DNA from: Mobula hypostoma
Taxonomy: Eukaryota
Reading direction: 5' to 3'
Assembly: GCF_963921235.1 (NCBI RefSeq)
Contig: NC_086097.1
Location: 159,714,001 to 159,778,000, forward strand
Length of the DNA stretch: 64,000 nucleotides
In this document: piece after piece, positions 60,385 through 64,000 of the stretch
How the letters are laid out: the number at the start of each line of letters is the position of its first letter
Numbering within the stretch: position 1 is the first letter of the stretch
Notes under the pieces: model-generated
Database searches by the model: none
What the model was told of the DNA's origin: nothing
The model's input: only the letters and a program-made list of their open reading frames with translations
Made by a program: the position numbers and the translations under genes

Positions 60385-61989
60385 TAGTGTATATCAATTT
60401 GGTTTGGTATTTCAAGACGTTGAGAATTTTCAGTAACAAGCAAAAAGCAATTAGATTGACCAAACATTTTCCTTTGTGGTTGACTCGGAGATTAAGCCTG
60501 GGGCATTTTGCTTTGTATGGGTCAATACCATATTGTGTGGAGCACATACTCATTAAGCAAAAGGGTATTCTTGAAATTTTCATTGAACTTCATGTTCTGC
60601 CTTCCCTTCACCTATCATTTTTCTAAGATAATCATGCTTAGGCTTGTCTGCGTTGTTGCCAATAAGTGAATATATTACTCTCTGTAAAAGCTGGACAGGC
60701 TTTCTAAAATCTTGTGGTGTTCCTGATTAAAATGTAAAGTCAGATGACACTTATAATATGTTTTTCCTCCCATCAGCCTTCCGCGATTAATTGTATGAAA
60801 AGGCAAAAAATTATGTTTTGACAGGCATGCAAGTGGATTACATCCAGTGATCCATGTAAAAGCCTTCTGGCAAAGTGAGTAGGTGTTGGACTGAAGTGAA
60901 GGTCCAAACTGTTTTCCTCTGAGGCATTTTGCTTTCAGAGTAAAGCAGCTGAGCACCAGGAATCCCATATCAATGAATTATATAGCAGGAAAGATGTGCT
61001 CTCTGTGCCAGCAATGAAATGGTCCTGTCTGCATACCCACTTGTATCTCCAACTGACCTCTCAAAGGAAAATTACGGGTTTTATATTTTTATCCACTCCT
61101 AAAAAGTGTGGTTCTCTGGCAAGGTCTGTATTCAATACACACTGTCAAGGGACTGAACAGTTCAAGAACGGGGATGGTAAAACAAAAAGCCAGGAAACTT
61201 TATGCAGGAAGAAAGAACTTAATGAAGATAGGCCATTCAGCCTATTGTAGGTGGGGGCATCTTGGTCAAAAATCTATTCAAATTAGCTCAGTTAATTCAG
61301 CTTCTAACATCATTTTGTGTAGTATTTATTCTGTTACTCAAAATAATCTCCTGAAGTTCTCTAATATCTGCTTCCTCCCATGATTCACAGACAAAGGAAC
61401 CTTTAATAAACATTAGTGTAGATATACTGTAATTTTAAGGACAAATTGCAGAGAATGGTATGACTTTGAAACATTTATGTACATGATGCTACAATGAATT
61501 AAGAGTTAGTACTCTGTATTTTCAATAAAGGATGGCCAGTTGCTTGCTTTACTTTTGTGTGTCCTTACATGAACAAGTACAAAACGTCTGAAGATACTGC
61601 TTTGGTAATGGGAATAGGGTGTCACATTTGGAGGGAGTAGTGAACCTGTTGTGAAGAAAATAATGAAGTGAGATGAAGCCGGCAGGCATTGGATATGGCA
61701 GATATGTCAATGAGCGCAAAAGATATAAGGGAATTCAACCAGTGCCTTGCATGTAGAATGAGTGGAAATATTCTTGAGAAGAAATTATGTTGTTGAGGGC
61801 CTGGGGGATTACACTAAAGAAAAATGCAGCACTGTTTTTGATTATCAGAACGAGACTTTGAGTGTACCAATGCATCAAACTGGAGATGAGATAGGATATG
61901 ACTTTTTCAAGAACTACAAGTTTTGGTACGTGCATTCAGAGATCAGATAAAATGGTTGGGGTATCGTGCTCAGACAGAAGACAAAAAAT

Positions 61990-62500
61990 GTATTTGATCT
62001 CCAGATCATTGGGCCTTTCATAACTCTTCCTTAATAATACGGATTAGAGGGCATGTACTATAAGAAGAGATTGAACAAGCTTGGATTGTTTTCTCTGAAT
62101 GACAAGGCTGAGGGGAGATGTGATAGAAGTTTATAAGATTATGGGAGGCAAAGATAGAGAGCCAGTATCTTTCTCATAGTGGTGAAATGTTTAATACTAG
62201 AGGACATGCATTTAAGGTGAGAAGGGAGAAGTTCAAAGGAGGTGTATGGGACAAGGTTTTTTTTTAACCCAGTGTGAGTATTTTGGGTAGCTGCAATGCA
62301 TTGCCAGGGGTGGTAGTGGAGGTCTTCAAAGCCTCTTAGATAAACACACGAATTTTCAGAAAATGAGGGATATGGAAGTTGTGTCGGCAAAAGGGTATAT
62401 ATAGTTTAGTTAGGTGTTTAATTACTAGGTTAATTAATTCAGCACAACTTTGTGGAGTGAAGGACAACTTCCTGCAACTCACTGTTCAACATTTGATGCT
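61990..62500 (+). mobile_element. Decayed CR1 3' fragment
   Basis: ggattagagggcatg...ggctgaggggagatgtgatagaagtttataagattatg...actagaggacatgcatttaaggtgag. Confidence 0.7.
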
Positions 62501-62996
62501 GTTAGATCTGTTCTGTTTAAGGAACTGATGGGTAAAATCAATCGGTACTGTCAAAGCTTTACTCTGGTCTCCAGAACATAAGGCTATTGGTTATATATGA
62601 CTTGATAGCCCTGGGAAGATGTGCAGACTTACAGTAAATGCTGCTCAGCCCCTGGAGTTGCAGTGGCTTGATATAGGAAACCATTAATTCAAAGGAATGC
62701 TGGGAGTTGACACTTGGTTCATTTAATTTCTAAATTGTAGCATCCTGTTGACCCCTGAGAATTCCTGGTCTATAACTGCTCAAAATGGAGAAGGAACACT
62801 TGGGGTGCAGCAGGAAGAGTAGACCACCATACAAATAACCACTGTTTGTCCCATCCATGGAACTGTTTGCACTTTGGTCTGATTGACCATCTCAGAACTT
62901 ATAAAACTAGAGGGAAACAAGTCTTCCTCGAACCCAAGGTTGTCAAAGAAACAGGCATATAGTAAGGCAATATATTTTTTCCTTCATGATATAATG

Positions 62997-63128
62997 GTAC
63001 ATGGAGCTTGGAAAAATAGAGGGCTATGGGTAACCCTAGATAATTTCTAAAGTAAGTACACGTTTGCACAACATTGAGGGCCGAAGGGCCTGTATTGTGC
63101 TGTAGGTTTTCTGTGTTTTCTATATTTC
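62997..63128 (+). mobile_element. Short CR1 3' end, similar to 3821-3965 minus
   Basis: gtacatggagcttggaaaaatagagggctatgggtaaccct...gaagggcctgtattgtgctgta; 7-bp TSD tataatg (62990-62996, 63129-63135). Confidence 0.8.
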
Positions 63129-63139
63129 TATAATGCAGG

Positions 63140-63390
63140 CCAGTAACTGGTGCTGGGTTCAAACCTGCCCTCTGGAACTTTTGTTTGGAGTTTGCACATT
63201 TTCCTTATGACTGAATGTGTTTCTTTCTGGTGTCCTGGCTTCTCCCCACATCCCAATGGCCACTGCTTAATTGTCCCTAATGAGAGGTAGAATCTGAGGG
63301 TGGGGAGGGGGGTGGTGCAGAAGAAGGCACGATGAATAAAATGGTATTACTGTAGCATCACCAAAAGGCCTGTTCCCCACTTTATCCCTC
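63140..63390 (+). mobile_element. Decayed V-SINE/HE1-like SINE
   Basis: B-box gggttcaaacc then ggagtttgcacattttcc...ttctccccacatcccaa. Confidence 0.65.
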
Positions 63391-64000
63391 TGATGCTATG
63401 ATCATTGGCTTGCTCAATGTGGCAACACATTTGACCAGTGTCCAGAAACTGGACAGCAAACATATTTTTGGTGTGCGAAAACTACACTGAAGTTAGCATT
63501 AGTTCCTGATCAGAGGTCAGCAAAACAAAGGATGAGATTTGGATGCCCTTTCATGTGATTTGTAAACTTCTAAAGGTATTGAAATCAAAACTGCACATTT
63601 TGCTACTAGTCAGTTTCACAGTAGCATGGTTTTCACATACTGGCCCATGGATAAAGGATCCATTTCATTAAAGATGACTCTGATAGCATTCTGCCAAGTG
63701 GGGATGGGATATACAGGTAGAGAGAAGCGATGGAGAATGATGTGATGTGATTTAAGTATGGGCTAGACCCCCTAAACTAATAAAGAACTTGGAGCAAGTT
63801 CTGATTAATGGTGATTAAACTCTATCAGCCGGTTGTCATAACCCTACTCTGTGGTGCAGGTGGGAGAAATGCCTATTATTATGTTAAGTTTGCCCAGAAT
63901 TATGTTTTATATTATGCTGATGTTTTAAAAAATAGAACAAACAGACTTTCCCTCATCCATTTTCTGGGAACAGCTCTGTGAAGAATAAACAATTGCCGTG

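Overview
Eukaryotic, AT-rich, transposon-dense window. No host protein-coding gene, rRNA, tRNA or CRISPR array is supported. The repeat repertoire (CR1 LINEs, Rex1/Babar- and RTE-type LINEs, V-SINE/HE1-like SINEs, Tc1 and hAT elements, a Gypsy element, many Penelope-like elements) suggests a cartilaginous fish intron or gene desert; this is an inference from recalled repeat families. Long open frames are a 5'-truncated CR1 ORF2 (23468-25420) and a 5'-truncated Penelope-like RT + GIY-YIG frame (39021-40322, minus). The most notable system is a Penelope-like family carrying a minimal type-I hammerhead ribozyme. Four near-intact copies lie at 16522, 17006, 38688 (minus) and 60253, with about seven decayed ones. 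One insertion (16381-17138) is a TSD-flanked 1.57-mer of a 484-nt internally deleted unit with two tandem ribozymes, resembling a retrozyme or circular-RNA-templated non-autonomous element. All three young insertions end about 100 nt downstream of the cleavage site. Several nested insertions and CNE-like unique blocks are also present. Family names come from motif recognition, not database searches, and boundaries of decayed elements are approximate.
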